Part shown: positions 1-12,317 of the stretch, piece by piece
How the letters are laid out: every line of letters starts with the position of its first letter
Numbering within the stretch: position 1 is the stretch's first letter
Source of the DNA: Octopus vulgaris
Taxonomy: Eukaryota
Direction of reading: 5' to 3'
Assembly (NCBI GenBank): GCA_951406725.2
Contig: OX597828.1
Span: 42,160,001-42,224,000, forward strand
DNA length: 64,000 nt
Program-made: the position numbers and the translations under genes
The notes under the pieces: generated by a model
What the model was told of the DNA's origin: nothing
Databases searched by the model: none
What the model saw: the letters and a program-made list of their open reading frames with translations, nothing else

Positions 1-353
1 AACAAGTGACCAATCCTAAAACATGAAAACCGCTCGTAGCAGCCTTGTCAGTTGCTTGAAGCATGGCAACTGTTTCGGCCGCTGTTTTTCACGGAATTTC
101 ACGGAAGCACGATATTTCTGCATTCCAGCCAATACAAAAATCGACGAACAGGGGAGAAGCACTGCGAAACAAATAAGTTGTCCCCTTTTGTATCAACTAG
201 TTGTCCGGATGTTTTTCGTTCTTGTCCCATTTTGCATTTTATTTTATATACATATGTATATATATATGTGTTTCTCTCTCTCTCTCTCTCTTTATATATA
301 TATATATATACAAACGATCGACTAGTCAGTTGAATAGATATTTAACCAAATGA

Positions 354-737
354 TCTCTCTATATATAAACGGCAGTTTGTCTGTGTGTGTTTCTGTGTGT
401 CTGTTAGGTTGTACCCCCACCCTGACCACGGCTTTCAACCGATTCTGATGAAACTTGACACACACATAGCCCAATGTCATAATTCAAAACTAACGCAGCG
501 AAAATTTTGAAAAGTTCCCCAGTTCTGAAGAAAATCGATAAATTCGACATGGAGTCGAGAATCAGAAACCCAAACCACAGACCGTCTAGGGGACGCAACT
601 ACACCTTTTTTAACTCTCAAAAAAAATTTACCATCATTTTTTTTCAATTTTTTTGCTATTTTTTGGCTATAACTCTCTAAAAATGCTTTATAGTTATTTC
701 CCTTACAAACCTGAGCAACGCCGGGCGATACTGCTAG
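354..737 (+). mobile_element. Non-autonomous Helitron (copy A)
   Basis: Starts A|TCTCTCTATATATAAA and ends with a GC hairpin (CCTGAGCAACGCCGGG) followed by CTAG|T. No TSD, which fits canonical Helitron termini. Confidence 0.85.
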
Positions 738-799
738 TTAATAATAAAAGAGTGGAATTGAACCGGTGCGTGTATTATTAATACTGACGTAATGATAAC

Positions 800-1010
800 G
801 TGGCGAGCTGGCAGAATCGTTAGCAGGTCGAGTAAAGTGCTTAGCAGTATTTCGTCCGTCTTTATGTTCTGAGTTCAAATTCCGCCGAGGTTGATTTTGC
901 TTATCATCCTTTCGGAGTCGATAAAATAAGTACCAGCTGAGCACTGGGGTTAACGCAATCGATTTAACCCCCTTCACATCAAAGCTGCTGGCCTTATGCT
1001 AAATCTTAAA
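800..1010 (+). mobile_element. tRNA-derived SINE with Meta/MESC-like central domain
   Basis: Head GGCGAGCTGGCAGAATCGTTAGC...GAGTTCAAATTCC (A/B boxes) plus TCATCCTTTCGGAGTCGATAAAATAAGTACCAG; many paralogs in the window. Confidence 0.85.
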
Positions 1011-1113
1011 AGCAATATTAGCGTAATTACTCTCCCGCGACACAACAAAATTTGTTTCAATACACGAATTCCCGTAAGGAATCTTGAAAACCAAAGACAC
1101 GAAAGATGTAATA

Positions 1114-1507
1114 TCTTTATATATAAAACTGAAGTTGTGTGTCTGTCTCCTACGATTTAGATTCCTAACTACTCCCACATTTTGCGGTGCAGTTTAACCA
1201 AAACCGGGTATCTTATAGTCGTGAATTCATATGGAGCCCTTCTGGGTATTAGCGCGCGTCTACGATGAGTCTACAATTTAAAAAAATTTACCATCATTTT
1301 TTTCCATTTTAATGCATTTTTTCGCTATTATATAAGGAAGTAACTCTCTAAAAATGTCTACGATGAGTCAACGATTTAAAAAAATTTACCATAATTTTTT
1401 TCCCATTTTTAATGTATTTTTTTGCTATTTTTTGGCTATACCTCTCTAAAAATGCTTATATAGTTATTTCCCTTACAAACCCGAGCAACGCCGGGCGATA
1501 CTGCTAG
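1114..1507 (+). mobile_element. Non-autonomous Helitron (copy B)
   Basis: 5' end A|TCTTTATATATAAAA; 3' end CCCGAGCAACGCCGGG hairpin plus CTAG|T. The 3' ~120 bp is shared with copy A, and there is an internal ~95-bp tandem duplication. Confidence 0.85.
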
Positions 1508-1799
1508 TTTAATTATAAAAATACAGTAGAATCTTTTTTTTCTTTGGTATGCAGGGAATGGCTCTTGGTGTCTCGTAGAGCAAAATAAAGAATCAAAATT
1601 GATTGAGAACTACTGTTCTATTCTTTCATTCTGTCTTTTCTTCTCTTCTATTTATATCCTTTCAATTCAATTTCCATTCAACAATTTAAATCTTACACAA
1701 AATCCTTCTCGCCCAATCGTATATTTCGCGCCTATTTCTGTTCTTTCTTTCTTTAGATATATATTTATTTTATTATTGCTATCGCTCTTTCTCAATTTC

Positions 1800-1814
1800 C
1801 TTTCTTTCTTTCCT

Positions 1815-1878
<64 letters not shown>

Positions 1879-1918
1879 TCATTCTTTCCTTCTTTCTTTC
1901 TTTCTTTCATTCTTTCCT

Positions 1919-1950
<32 letters not shown>

Positions 1951-2042
1951 TCCTTCCTTCTTTTCTCTTTCTTTCTTTCTTTCTTTCTTTCCTTCCTTCC
2001 TTCTTTCTTTCTTTCTTTCCTTCTTTCCTTCTTTCCTTCTTT

Positions 2043-2102
<60 letters not shown>

Positions 2103-2178
2103 TCCTTCCTTCTTTCTTTCTTTCTTTCTTTCTTTCTTTCCTTCCTTCCTTCCTTCTTTCTTTCTTTCTTTCTTTCTT

Positions 2179-2260
<82 letters not shown>
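1800..2260. repeat. (TTTC)n/(TC)n polypyrimidine microsatellite
   Basis: Seen directly. Confidence 0.95.
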
Positions 2261-2264
<4 letters not shown>

Positions 2265-2535
2265 TATGTATTTATTGATTTTACATATAGTTTTCTCTCT
2301 CAATTACTTGCTGTCTTTCTTCCTCCCTTTCTTAGATCTTTTTTTTCTTTTTTAATTTCTTTTCGTCTTTCAATTTTCTTTCCCTCACCCTCTTAACTCA
2401 TTCAAAACTATTTCTTTCACTTTTACTCTCTCACTTTACATGTCCCACGCACATTGCGTCACTCCTTTTCTGACTAACAGTCACTCTCTCTCTCTTTCTC
2501 TCTCACTCACTCTCTCTTGAATTCTCTCCCAGTAC

Positions 2536-2574
<39 letters not shown>

Positions 2575-2795
2575 GCTCGCTCACTTTCTTTCTCTCTCTG
2601 TTCTCCTCTTTTTTCCCTCTTATTATTTTTCTTCTTTCTCTTCTGGCAGAATATTTCAAGTTTTCTCAAGACTTAAAATCCACTGTCGAAAATTACGATA
2701 CTTTTCAAAGTTAAAGAGGTTTTTTTGGCGAATACCAGTAACTTGCTCAACACATTCGTAGATACAAACATACATGCATACATATGTATCTGTAT

Positions 2796-2838
<43 letters not shown>

Positions 2839-2894
2839 AACATATATACAAACATACGTACATACATATACATACGCATATATGTATATATATA

Positions 2895-3500
2895 TTTGCT
2901 AAAAATATATCTAACCACACTTTAAAAGAAATTAAAATAATTTTAGAAGCTAGAAAATCAGTAATATTGTTTGATAATAAATACTGGATTAGAAAAATTA
3001 TTCATGGTAATTTTGATGTTACTATTGGATCAGCTGATTCTGCCCAGGTTACTGATCTTGTGGTGGGGAGGTGTACATTCTGTTTTATTTAGGTAGTGAA
3101 TTTCCGGAAAATAAAGGTCGATTATATAAGGATGATGCGCTGTTTTTAATTAATACACTACCCAATAGAAAATTGAATTTGTATATGAAAAGATTTCACG
3201 ATTTAAAAAAAAGATTTTGGTTTATCTATTTCTATTGAAAACGAACATGATTCCCTTAATTATTTAGATATTAATCTGAATCTTGTTACAGACCAATATA
3301 GACCATATAATAAACCTAATACTAACTTGAAGTTTACTAATTGTAATAGTAATCACCCTAAAGCAATTACAAATACTTTGGTTAAATATATTTCGAGATG
3401 TATTTCATATTTTTTTTTCTAATGAGGACATTTCAATAGTAATGCTCAATACTATAATGTAGCCCTTAATAAAGCGAGATATATACATAAAAGTGTATAT
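2895..3500 (+). pseudogene. Decayed Penelope-like element reverse transcriptase (Naiad/Chlamys-like)
   Basis: Across frameshifts it translates to NFDVTIGSADSAQVTDLVVG...LYKDDAL...YLDINLNLVTDQYRPYNKPN...NSNHPKAI. This matches PLE RT motifs FDVxMGSxDGAEVxELVG, YRDD and FLDVxLNL..YxPYxKPN..SNHP. Confidence 0.75.
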
Positions 3501-3766
3501 TGTAAAAAGGATAAAGACAATAAAGGCAAGGTTTATAGCAGCATTTACCAACTTAAACAAGGAGACCACCCAGAAGAGTTGCAGGAGATTCCAAAGTCAT
3601 CAGGAGGCCGTGGTTGAAACCAATAACAATTTTATTGAATAAATTTACTCTTTAGTATTTCAAGATGATTTTAATGTAATTTTGATAAATATATCTGTTA
3701 AAATGAGCTGTCAGTGTTATTTTCATTTTTGCGCCATTTAGACTACAATTTATTCACCGCACCCTG

Positions 3767-3911
<145 letters not shown>

Positions 3912-3919
3912 TGTATATG

Positions 3920-4792
3920 AATTAGCTGTCAAATGTAAAGATTTAAGATCACTGTACAAAATAATGAAAAGACTGCGTAGTGGAGACCAAGTAAGATACT
4001 GCGATCTACCTCTATACGGTGCAGATGGAATCAAAATAACTGATGTAAAAGCCAAACCAGAACGATGGAAGAACCACTTTCAACTATCCTTAATCGACCA
4101 GAGCCCATGATCTATACCGAAATAAAAGAAGCGGACAAGGACTTGGAGACCAACACTGCAGAGATCACGGCAAACGAAATCATAAAAGCTATCCGTAAAT
4201 TAAAAAATGGAAAATCATCAGGATTAGATGGAGTTTGTGCTGAAATGCTTAAAGCAGAGGTCAAAACATTACCAATTTTTACCAAAAGAATTTAATGAAA
4301 TATCTGGATCAACTAGACAATACTGAGCAAGTGGAAAAAGGGACGCATTGTGAAATTACCAAAGAAAGGTGATGCATCAAAATAATTATTGGAGAGGATT
4401 CACTCTGTTATCAATCACGAGTAAATTATTCACCCATAAAGTTATTACAGCGCATCACAGCAGAAGCAACAGTAGGCTAATTACTTTGCTAAGAACAAGC
4501 TGGATTCAGGAAAGGAAAATCATGTATCGACGATATTTTTGTAATTCGCCAAATACTCGAACAATTCCATGATTGGAACTCGTCTTTGTGCATGCTGTTT
4601 GTTGACTTTGAAAAAGCTTTCGATAGCCTTCACCGAGATACACTTTGGAAGGTTCTCAGACACCTATGGTTTGACACGCAAATTAGTCAAGATGATTCGT
4701 TTATTGTAAGAAAACTTTGAATGTCAAGTCGTACGTAACAACAAACTGACAGATCCGTTCGAAATCAAAGCCGGAGTCAAACAAGGATGCGT
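3920..4792 (+). pseudogene. RTE-clade LINE reverse transcriptase fragment
   Basis: EIIKAIRKLKNGKSSGLDGVCAEMLK; IVKLPKKG; NYWRGFTLLS; EQAGFRKGKSCIDDIF; FVDFEKAFDSLHR; GVKQGC. Contains frameshifts and stops. Confidence 0.9.
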
Positions 4793-5150
4793 GATACCAA
4801 AGATCCAGCCCTTAGCCTTCAGAATATGGACCTATTGCTGCAAAAGTTTAATGTCCAAAGACCCACAACTTTTCAACAGATTACCAAAAGGTATCATTAA
4901 TCTACGAGGAGTAAAAGTGGGTGTGTTCAAAGAAAATTTAGACAAATTTTTATCTGGTATACAAGATTTTTCTCCACATCTCGGTTAGAAACGCAAAGAG
5001 GGGTAGCATTGTCCAGGGCAGCTTTGTCCAACTCACTACTTCACCTGAGTCGGCGAATCGGTCTAAAATAAGCAAGCATCAAAGCTAATGTTGATATTGG
5101 TGTCTCAGTATGGCCATAGCCTCTGAATGAACCCAATAAAAGAAAATAAA
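4793..5150 (+). mobile_element. 3' end of a CR1/L2-group LINE (ORF2 C-terminus and tail)
   Basis: PQLFNRLPKGIINLRGVKVGVFKENLDKFLSGIQD...RAALSNSL, then tail GGTGTCTCAGTATGGCCATAGCC...AATAAAAG. Confidence 0.7.
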
Positions 5151-6510
5151 AATCAATGACAAACCGGCCAGTATTTAGATTGAAACTCTAAAGTGAAGCA
5201 AATCGCTTCGTTGATCTCGGTCAAGCCCCAAACTATGTTCACTGCGTTCGAAATGTACTCAGTTCGTTATTCATTTTTTTTTTCTTTTGAAGTCCTGGTC
5301 AACAAAGCTCCATGTTACACGTATAGGGCGTAGTATGACTTTCAGTGTCATTTCTTTGTATTAAATCACGCTGGTGACATGGCAGTAAATTCATAAAAAG
5401 TTATGCTTGTCTTAGCAAAACAGTCTTTCATGCGGAATAATTCGTTTTGAGTGGTGGGGCTCGAAATAGATAAAGCTACAAATAATGGAAAGAAGTCGAA
5501 CGATGCCCTTACGACTCGAACTCACATCTTCTGTAAACTAGAAAAGAGCTATAATGCACATCTAAAGTGGATGAAGAGAGTTCGAAGTAGATCTGGGTTC
5601 GAGTCCATCGGCCTTCGACGTTTTTTTCTTTTTCATCCAAGGGTTTTTGATGCAATTATTTATAGCTTTACTTTCAAGTTCCACATGTATAAATGATTTA
5701 TTTCATCTCTCGGTGTTTCTAAAATTCTTGAGTTATTTCACATAATTTCATTTTATGTAGTTTTCGAAGTTATTTTAAATATGTTCTGTTATAATTATGT
5801 ACAGTAAATCGTTAAATTGATGAAGAGCGGGAAGTTGCTTCCTTTCTAATCGCCTGTCAAAAGACTGCGGTGCGATTACGAGGGTTGATGATAACTTTCT
5901 TTAATCAATCTCTCACCAGCTTTCTCAGATGGGTGTGAATTGATAATGTATTTTCATCCTCCACTGATTTCTGATTTATGAGAATCGTGCGACTTGACGC
6001 AACAAGGCTGTTTGTTTTCTTTTTGCAGGAGGAAAAGCAATGCTTATATGCCTTACAGGACCTCCAAGACTGATAGGTGGGCGGTGAGGACGTCCTCGTA
6101 GCGGAAACTTGGTTTGAATGCTTGTAACAGACAGCACTCCACTAAATGTTTCATTGGTGTCAGGAGATGGTGTCATCAAACTGGGTGACAGGTTAAGTCT
6201 ACCAACTAAACTGGCAAAGGCGGGATGTGAACTACGAACATAAAAAGGCCGGAATAAATTACGCAAGGTATCGTTATTACGATTCTTCCAATCCACTTTG
6301 AGCTGGATGAAAGAAAAAAAATTAACCTTAGATGGATTTGAACGTAGACTCAGGATAAATACCGTGAGACATTCTGTCCAACGCTTTAACGACACCGCCA
6401 ATTCGCCGGCTGGATGGGCCTATTCTCAGCTCTTGTGTGTATCTTCCTAGCAAAGAGAAGGCCCGAGGCTTAGTATTGAAGAATATTTAGGGAAAATATG
6501 GGGTATGTCA

Positions 6511-6569
<59 letters not shown>

Positions 6570-6570
<1 letters not shown>

Positions 6571-6850
6571 ATCGTTACCCCATCTCTGCCCGTCTTGCGG
6601 CCGCACGGCTTTTTCTGTTGTATAATTATGTTATATTTTAACGTGTTTGTTTTCGTCATTGTCTTGTACATTCGTTAGCTATTCCCAGTCGCTTTTGCCA
6701 CTGGCGCCTCCAGAAAGGATCGATATCAGCACTAAAGGCGCGAAATTGTAATGATCTTCTGGACGTTGACTGATGACGAATAAGATAGGAATTTTCTGTT
6801 TGTTACGTCTTTTGTAATATTTCTATTTGCTGTGCTTTTGTTAAATTTTT
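6570..6850 (+). mobile_element. (TA)n-embedded PLE-type terminal repeat carrying a rearranged hammerhead motif
   Basis: Flanked by (TA)n on both sides; GAAA (6742) precedes CTGATGA (6770); similar to the 20648-20997 repeat. Confidence 0.6.
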
Positions 6851-6906
6851 GATATATATATATATATATATATGGGTTTTAAAACAGATGTGGTGTAGTT
6901 ACACTA

Positions 6907-7094
6907 AGGGACATGCTCAACTGGTTACGGTCAAACAACTGACAAGCAAATCTGTGGTATTGAGCAGAATATTGAGCAGAATATTTGCAGTAGCTCATCT
7001 TTTATACCAAGACAAAACAATGTACATGATAACACTTCCAATCAGTTAAGATCACAAGCCACGAGAGCTACTGCCTCATACTGCATCAGGGCAT
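6907..7094 (-). mobile_element. Fragment of the 560-bp (AAT)n-associated interspersed element
   Basis: Reverse complement of approximately 17101-17290. Confidence 0.85.
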
Positions 7095-7116
7095 TATCAT
7101 TGTTATTATTATTATT

Positions 7117-7514
7117 ACTCTTTTTACTCTTTTACTTGTTTCAGTCATTTGACTGCGACCATGCTGGAGAACCGCCTTTAGTCGAGCAAATCGACTCCGG
7201 GACTTATTCTTTTGTAAGCCCAGTACTTATTCTATCGGTCTCTTTTGCCGAACCGCTAAGTGACGAGGACGTAAACACACCAGCATCGGTTGTCAAGCAA
7301 TGCTAGGGGGACAAACACAGACACACATATATATATGTACATACATATATACGACAGGCTTCTTTCAGTTTCCGTCTACCAAATCCACTCACAAGGCATT
7401 GGTCGGCCCGGGGCTATAGCAGAAGACACTTGCCTAAGATGTCACACAGTGGGACTGAACCCGGAACCATGTGGTTGGTTAGCAAGCTACTTACCACACA
7501 GCCACTCCTGCGCC
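7117..7514 (-). mobile_element. Composite tRNA-derived SINE (family B: GGCGCAGGAGTGGCTGTGTGGTAAG head, internal (TA)n, AAAGAGT tail)
   Basis: Full-length reverse-complement copy of the family at 58220-58629. Confidence 0.9.
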
Positions 7515-7592
<78 letters not shown>

Positions 7593-7603
7593 CATTATTA
7601 TTG

Positions 7604-8050
7604 AATGAGAGAGCAGTGCATGCCATCAAAGTGACACTGAGGTAAAATATACGAAGCCCAGTATACTCATCATGACTACCCGTCTGATAAGGGCACACCA
7701 GGCACATGCATCACAACCATATGTGCGCGACATGGTGATCTCATATGAAGATAAACAGCGCATGACCTTGCAGGTGGGGCCCAGTTAGAATTTTCTTCTG
7801 GTCGAGTAACCCATCTCGCTCAAAAGGTCCTTGAATAAGGGTTATTTAAGGATGTTGAACGAACCAACCATGTTTCCAAAGGTGAATTATCCAAACCTCT
7901 AAGAATTCCTTTCAACACATGGCTATGATGCTCCCCCACTACTTGTGCTCGTGATCAGAGTTGCACATATCGTCAGCCACTAAAGGACATGGTCAACTGG
8001 TTATGGTCAAACAACTGACAAGCAATTCTGTGCTATTGAGCAGAATATTA
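7604..8050 (-). mobile_element. Fragment of the 560-bp (AAT)n-associated element
   Basis: Reverse complement of ~17215-17660, abutting an (ATT)n tract. Confidence 0.85.
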
Positions 8051-8053
8051 AAT

Positions 8054-8306
8054 ATTAGATTAAGTACCAGTTACGCACTGGGTCGATATAATCGACTTAA
8101 TCCGTTTGTCTGTCTTTGTTTGTCCTCTCTGGATTTAGCCCCTTGTGGGTAGTAAGGAAATAGGTATTTCGTCTGCCGCTGCTCTCTGAGTTCAAATTGC
8201 GCCGAGGTCGACTTTGCCTGTCATCTTTTCAGGGTCGATATGTTAAGTACCAGTGGAGTGGTGGGGTCGATATAATTGACTAGTCCTCTCCCCACAACTT
8301 TCAGGT
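8054..8306 (+). mobile_element. Meta-domain SINE fragments (dimer)
   Basis: TTAAGTACCAGTTACGCACTGGGTCGATATAATCGAC and GAGTTCAAATT..GCCGAGGTCGACTTTGCC units. Confidence 0.8.
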
Positions 8307-8797
8307 CGGTAGTAGCAACAGCCATTGTAACAGCAGTAGTACTTGTAGTAGCTGTGGACCAACCCTTGTCGAAAGAGTAACCGAGTATCAGATTTCAACA
8401 CTCGAGGACAAAATGTAGTAAACACGTCGCTTCCATCATCGAAAACGAAAAAGGAAACAACTGCAGCAACATAAAAAAAAAAAGAACCTGCAAAACATTA
8501 TAAGCAAATATTTGGAGAGCTCTTTGAATGAGGTCAGATATAAAAACATTTAATGTGTCAATGTCCGTTACGTTTCTTGCATATAAAGGTATAGGGCATT
8601 AAAGAGCAAATAGAAACGTTTTTATGCAATCGGGTCTTTGTCCGGAGTTGAAGGTGTGACTGAAACATGTGACAACACAAAGCGAGCGCAGTATGTGAGG
8701 TATGTGTGCACATCAAGTGCAGTATAATTCAACTGTGATATAGCAATTAAATTTCGATTGGTGTATGTGTGTGTGGCTGTGTGTATGTGTGTTTATA

Positions 8798-9331
8798 CAG
8801 GGTGGTCAAAATGTCTACCCGCAGTGAATTTTTTTTTCATCCTGCTCATCACCATGGCGCTACTTCAAGAGTTTTTCGTTGAACGGATTATTTAGAAGGG
8901 ACTTTAGCCACCAAGGTCAACTGATTTAACACCGCCAGACATTTTTTTCTTGGGAACACGTAAAGGATCAGTGTACAAGAATTGCCCGAAAACTATATGG
9001 GTTGTTTGAGGATGTTGAACGAAACACCCATATTTCCAGCGGTGAATTATCCAAACCCCAAAGAATCCCTCTCAACACATGGCTATGATGCTCCCCACTA
9101 CTTCTGCTCGTGATCAGAGATGCACATATCGTCAGCCACTAAGGGACATGGTCAAGTGGTTAAGGTCAAACAACTGACAAGCAAATCTGTGGTATTGAGC
9201 AGAATATTTGCTGTAGCCAATCTGTTATACCAAGACAAAACAATGTACATGATTACACTTCAAATCAGTTAAGATCAGAAGCCACGAGAGCCACTGCCTG
9301 GTACTCTCTGCAGAGAGACTTTTTGAACACC

Positions 9332-9334
<3 letters not shown>
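8798..9334 (+). mobile_element. Tc1/mariner-derived non-autonomous element (CAGGGTG TIR) with a nested AAT-element fragment (8998-9306)
   Basis: TA-CAGGGTGGTCAAAA...TTTTGAACACCCTG; internal remnant resembling WPPRSxDLTPPDxF; duplicated at 12318-12852. Confidence 0.8.
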
Positions 9335-9382
<48 letters not shown>

Positions 9383-10547
9383 GATGTTGTTTCTATTGTT
9401 GCTGTTGTTGTTACAACATGAACTTCCACTTGCAAGTATATGACTACTGGCAGGATCAACCAGCTTTCACCGCGATTCAATCGTTCTTTTGTCATTATTA
9501 AACTTGTTGCATCGTTACTCAGTGAATATTTTTTACAAAAAAAAAAAAAACTTAATTGCATTGAGAGGGTGTTTGTGTGCAACATGAGAATGCTTACGCT
9601 TCATGCTACATTGCCAGGGTCAGAGCAGGTTGAACAGATGTATTGATGAAAGGTGAATGCCCTGTCTTTTATAGAAGCATGTTGCATTTACGACTGTGTT
9701 ATTGAGTTGTGCTTTTGTTATATAAATGTGAGGTGTTGTTTAGTAGAAATTTGGTTGCTCTTTCCTGTCAGGTAGAATGAATCGAGTCACGGTCTCCCCT
9801 TCACCGTCTGACGAGCCCTCTAGTTGTCTGTAGAATAAAGATACCGCACTTCGATGCCTGAAGCGAAAAGATTTCCACATCTCTGTCTTCAATGTAAACC
9901 TCCACCCACGTCGTCTGATGGGGACTGCTATCTCGTTGGTGCAGAAGAAGGCTTTCTCGTTTGAAAAAAATGGTTCCCTTGTTGCCCGCCCGAAGCGGAA
10001 AATATTCCTATATTTAGTCCCTACAGTTTCTTAAATTAAATATTGTTGGTGTCGACTTGTACCTGTTAATTACCTGGGTTTTTCTGCCGAAGTGTCGACT
10101 TCGCCTTTCGTCCTTTCGGGCATCGATAAAAATAAGAACTTGTATAGCTCTGGCATACAGGGAAGAAAAAAGATGTTTCAAGCATAATTTTTGTGAGGAA
10201 TGTTTTTTTTCTTCTATATTTATTGGGTTTCCAGGAATATTCAATATAGTTTCCTCTACTGGGGGAGAAGAAAAAGCTTTTAACAAGAAGGGAAGTGGCA
10301 CCGATTATCTCTCTTTAGGAAAGAGCTCTGTATCAACTTTTGAATACACAGAAAGCTGACAGAAAACAATCCGAAATTAATATAAACTGCTCTTCATAAG
10401 CTTAAAGACTGAGCACTGTCTGTTTTTTTTTTCTAGTGAATTATACTACTCAAATTCGTGAAACTCCCCTCTACATGGGAAATGGAATAGAAGGCATTGC
10501 AATATGCAAATTTATTGAAATCCAAAAATAAATGAGATAATAGGAGT

Positions 10548-10718
10548 GGCGTAGGAGTGGCTGTGTGGTAAGTAGCTTGCTTACGAACCACATGGTTCTG
10601 GGTTCAGTCCCACTGCGTGGCATCTTGGGCAAGTGTCTTCAACTATAGCCTCGGGCCAACCAAATCCTTGTGAGTGGATTTGGTAGACGGAAACTGAAAG
10701 AAGCCCGTCGTATATATG

Positions 10719-10757
<39 letters not shown>

Positions 10758-10970
10758 ATGTTTGTGTGTCTATGTTTGTCCCCCTAGCATTGCTTGACAA
10801 CCGATGCTGGTGTGTTTATGTCTCCGTCACTTAGCGGTTCGGCAAAAGAGCCCGAGAGAATAAGTACAAGACTTACAAAGAAAAAGTCCTGGGGTCGATT
10901 TGTTCGACTAAAGGCGGTGCTCTCGCATGGCCACAGTCAAATGACTGAAACAAGTAAAAGAGTAAAGAGT
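10548..10970 (+). mobile_element. SINE family B, full length
   Basis: GGCGTAGGAGTGGCTGTGTGGTAAG...CAAGTAAAAGAGTAAAGAGT. Confidence 0.9.
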
Positions 10971-11089
10971 AATAGTTATATAAAAAAAACAGCATAAAGA
11001 GCCAGGAACCCATTGTTCAAAACTTGAATAATGTTGCAAAAATGATGCAAAAGAGGGAAATTTAGATATATTTCAATGAATTTCCAATG

Positions 11090-12050
11090 CCATACATCAA
11101 CAATAAATTGTTTGACCACCACCTTTCTGAATTACTTCAAAGACACGCGATTCCATGCTCCCAATCAGCTTCTGTAGTAGATCAAGTAGAAGCTTTTCAC
11201 ATGCCTTCTTCATTGCCATTTCAAGTTCAACACATGAATACTGCTTACCTTTGTTGTACACAGCATTCGTGTGATATCCCCAGGTAGTCTCCATATGATT
11301 AAGGTCGTCGGGACTTCAACCCCAATTGCATGGAAGAAATCTAAAGTTGCCTTTGCTTTCCGAATAGGAGCACAGTCCCGAAATATGACGTTCTCGCTAT
11401 GGAGCCTTCTTCCTTCTTCATCAATGTGAGCCCGTCCAACATATCGATGTATTGTATAGCATTGAAACGGATATTCATGATGAGAAGTAGCAGCTTCCCA
11501 TTGATAGATATTGCTCTCAACTACATAAGATCTCCGCTGTTCTGCCACTTGGAATAAGTAGAATTTTGTATACATTTATTTGCTCACTAATACTTATAAC
11601 CGTCGAGGGCCATCCAAATTCCATTTTTTCTCATCAGAGAACAGAATTCTGGTCCACTCATCATCCCACGTCTGATACCGCCGAGCAAACTCCAATCTAA
11701 CAGGTTTGTGGGAAGGGAGCAATAACGGACGTCCTAGCCACTTCTTAGGTGGAAACCATGGTTCAAAATTAGTCTTCTTACGGTGTAAATCGAGGCTCCT
11801 AATCCTGATGATGGCTTCATTTTGGAAACAGGAGAGCAATGTGACATCTTTACAGCTCTTACAATGGCCGTTCCATCCCATTCTGAAGTAATCTCGGGCT
11901 GTCCACCAACATAAACCCTGTTGTAGCGTCAGGATCTTTCAGAAAATTCTCCACTGGCGTTCTACTTCACTGAATCTTGTCGGCAATCTTCCGGTTACTC
12001 GTTCTTTACACTTTCAATTTAGGAAAACTTCGTAGCTTTAGACATAGTGG
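11090..12050 (-). pseudogene. Decayed Tc1/Tc3-like transposase
   Basis: [31 protein letters not shown]; DCAPIRKAKATLDFF; VYNKGKQY..ELEMA..LQKLIGSMESRVFEVIQKGGG. Multiple frameshifts. Confidence 0.85.
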
Positions 12051-12317
12051 AAATCTAATCTGGATTACAGAGAATACGACTGAGTCGAATATTTTGCGCA
12101 CCAATCTGGAAAAGTTTTGAAGTGTTAGTGTGTTCGGGAAAAATTGGAAAATCAGTTGTGATAATAAAGGTGCAAGTTTTACACTTCAAACTGTTCATGA
12201 AATACTCATTTACAATATATTGTGCCGCTTGGTCCCCTTAAATAGAGGCAAACTGTGATATAGCAATTAAATTTCGATTGGTGTATGTGTGTGTGGCTGT
12301 GTGTATGTGTGTTTATA

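Noticed and set aside
1-200. Possible promoter (two CCAAT boxes and an RFX-like CATGGCAAC)
   Set aside because: Short motifs only, at the window edge, with no identifiable gene.
1599-2396. 265-aa ORF, and the many YIYI/MYVC/poly-L/poly-N/poly-K ORFs throughout the window
   Set aside because: These are translations of stop-free microsatellites with no coding signal.
9800-9875. CTGACGAG...GAAA hammerhead-like words
   Set aside because: No convincing stems could be formed around the core.
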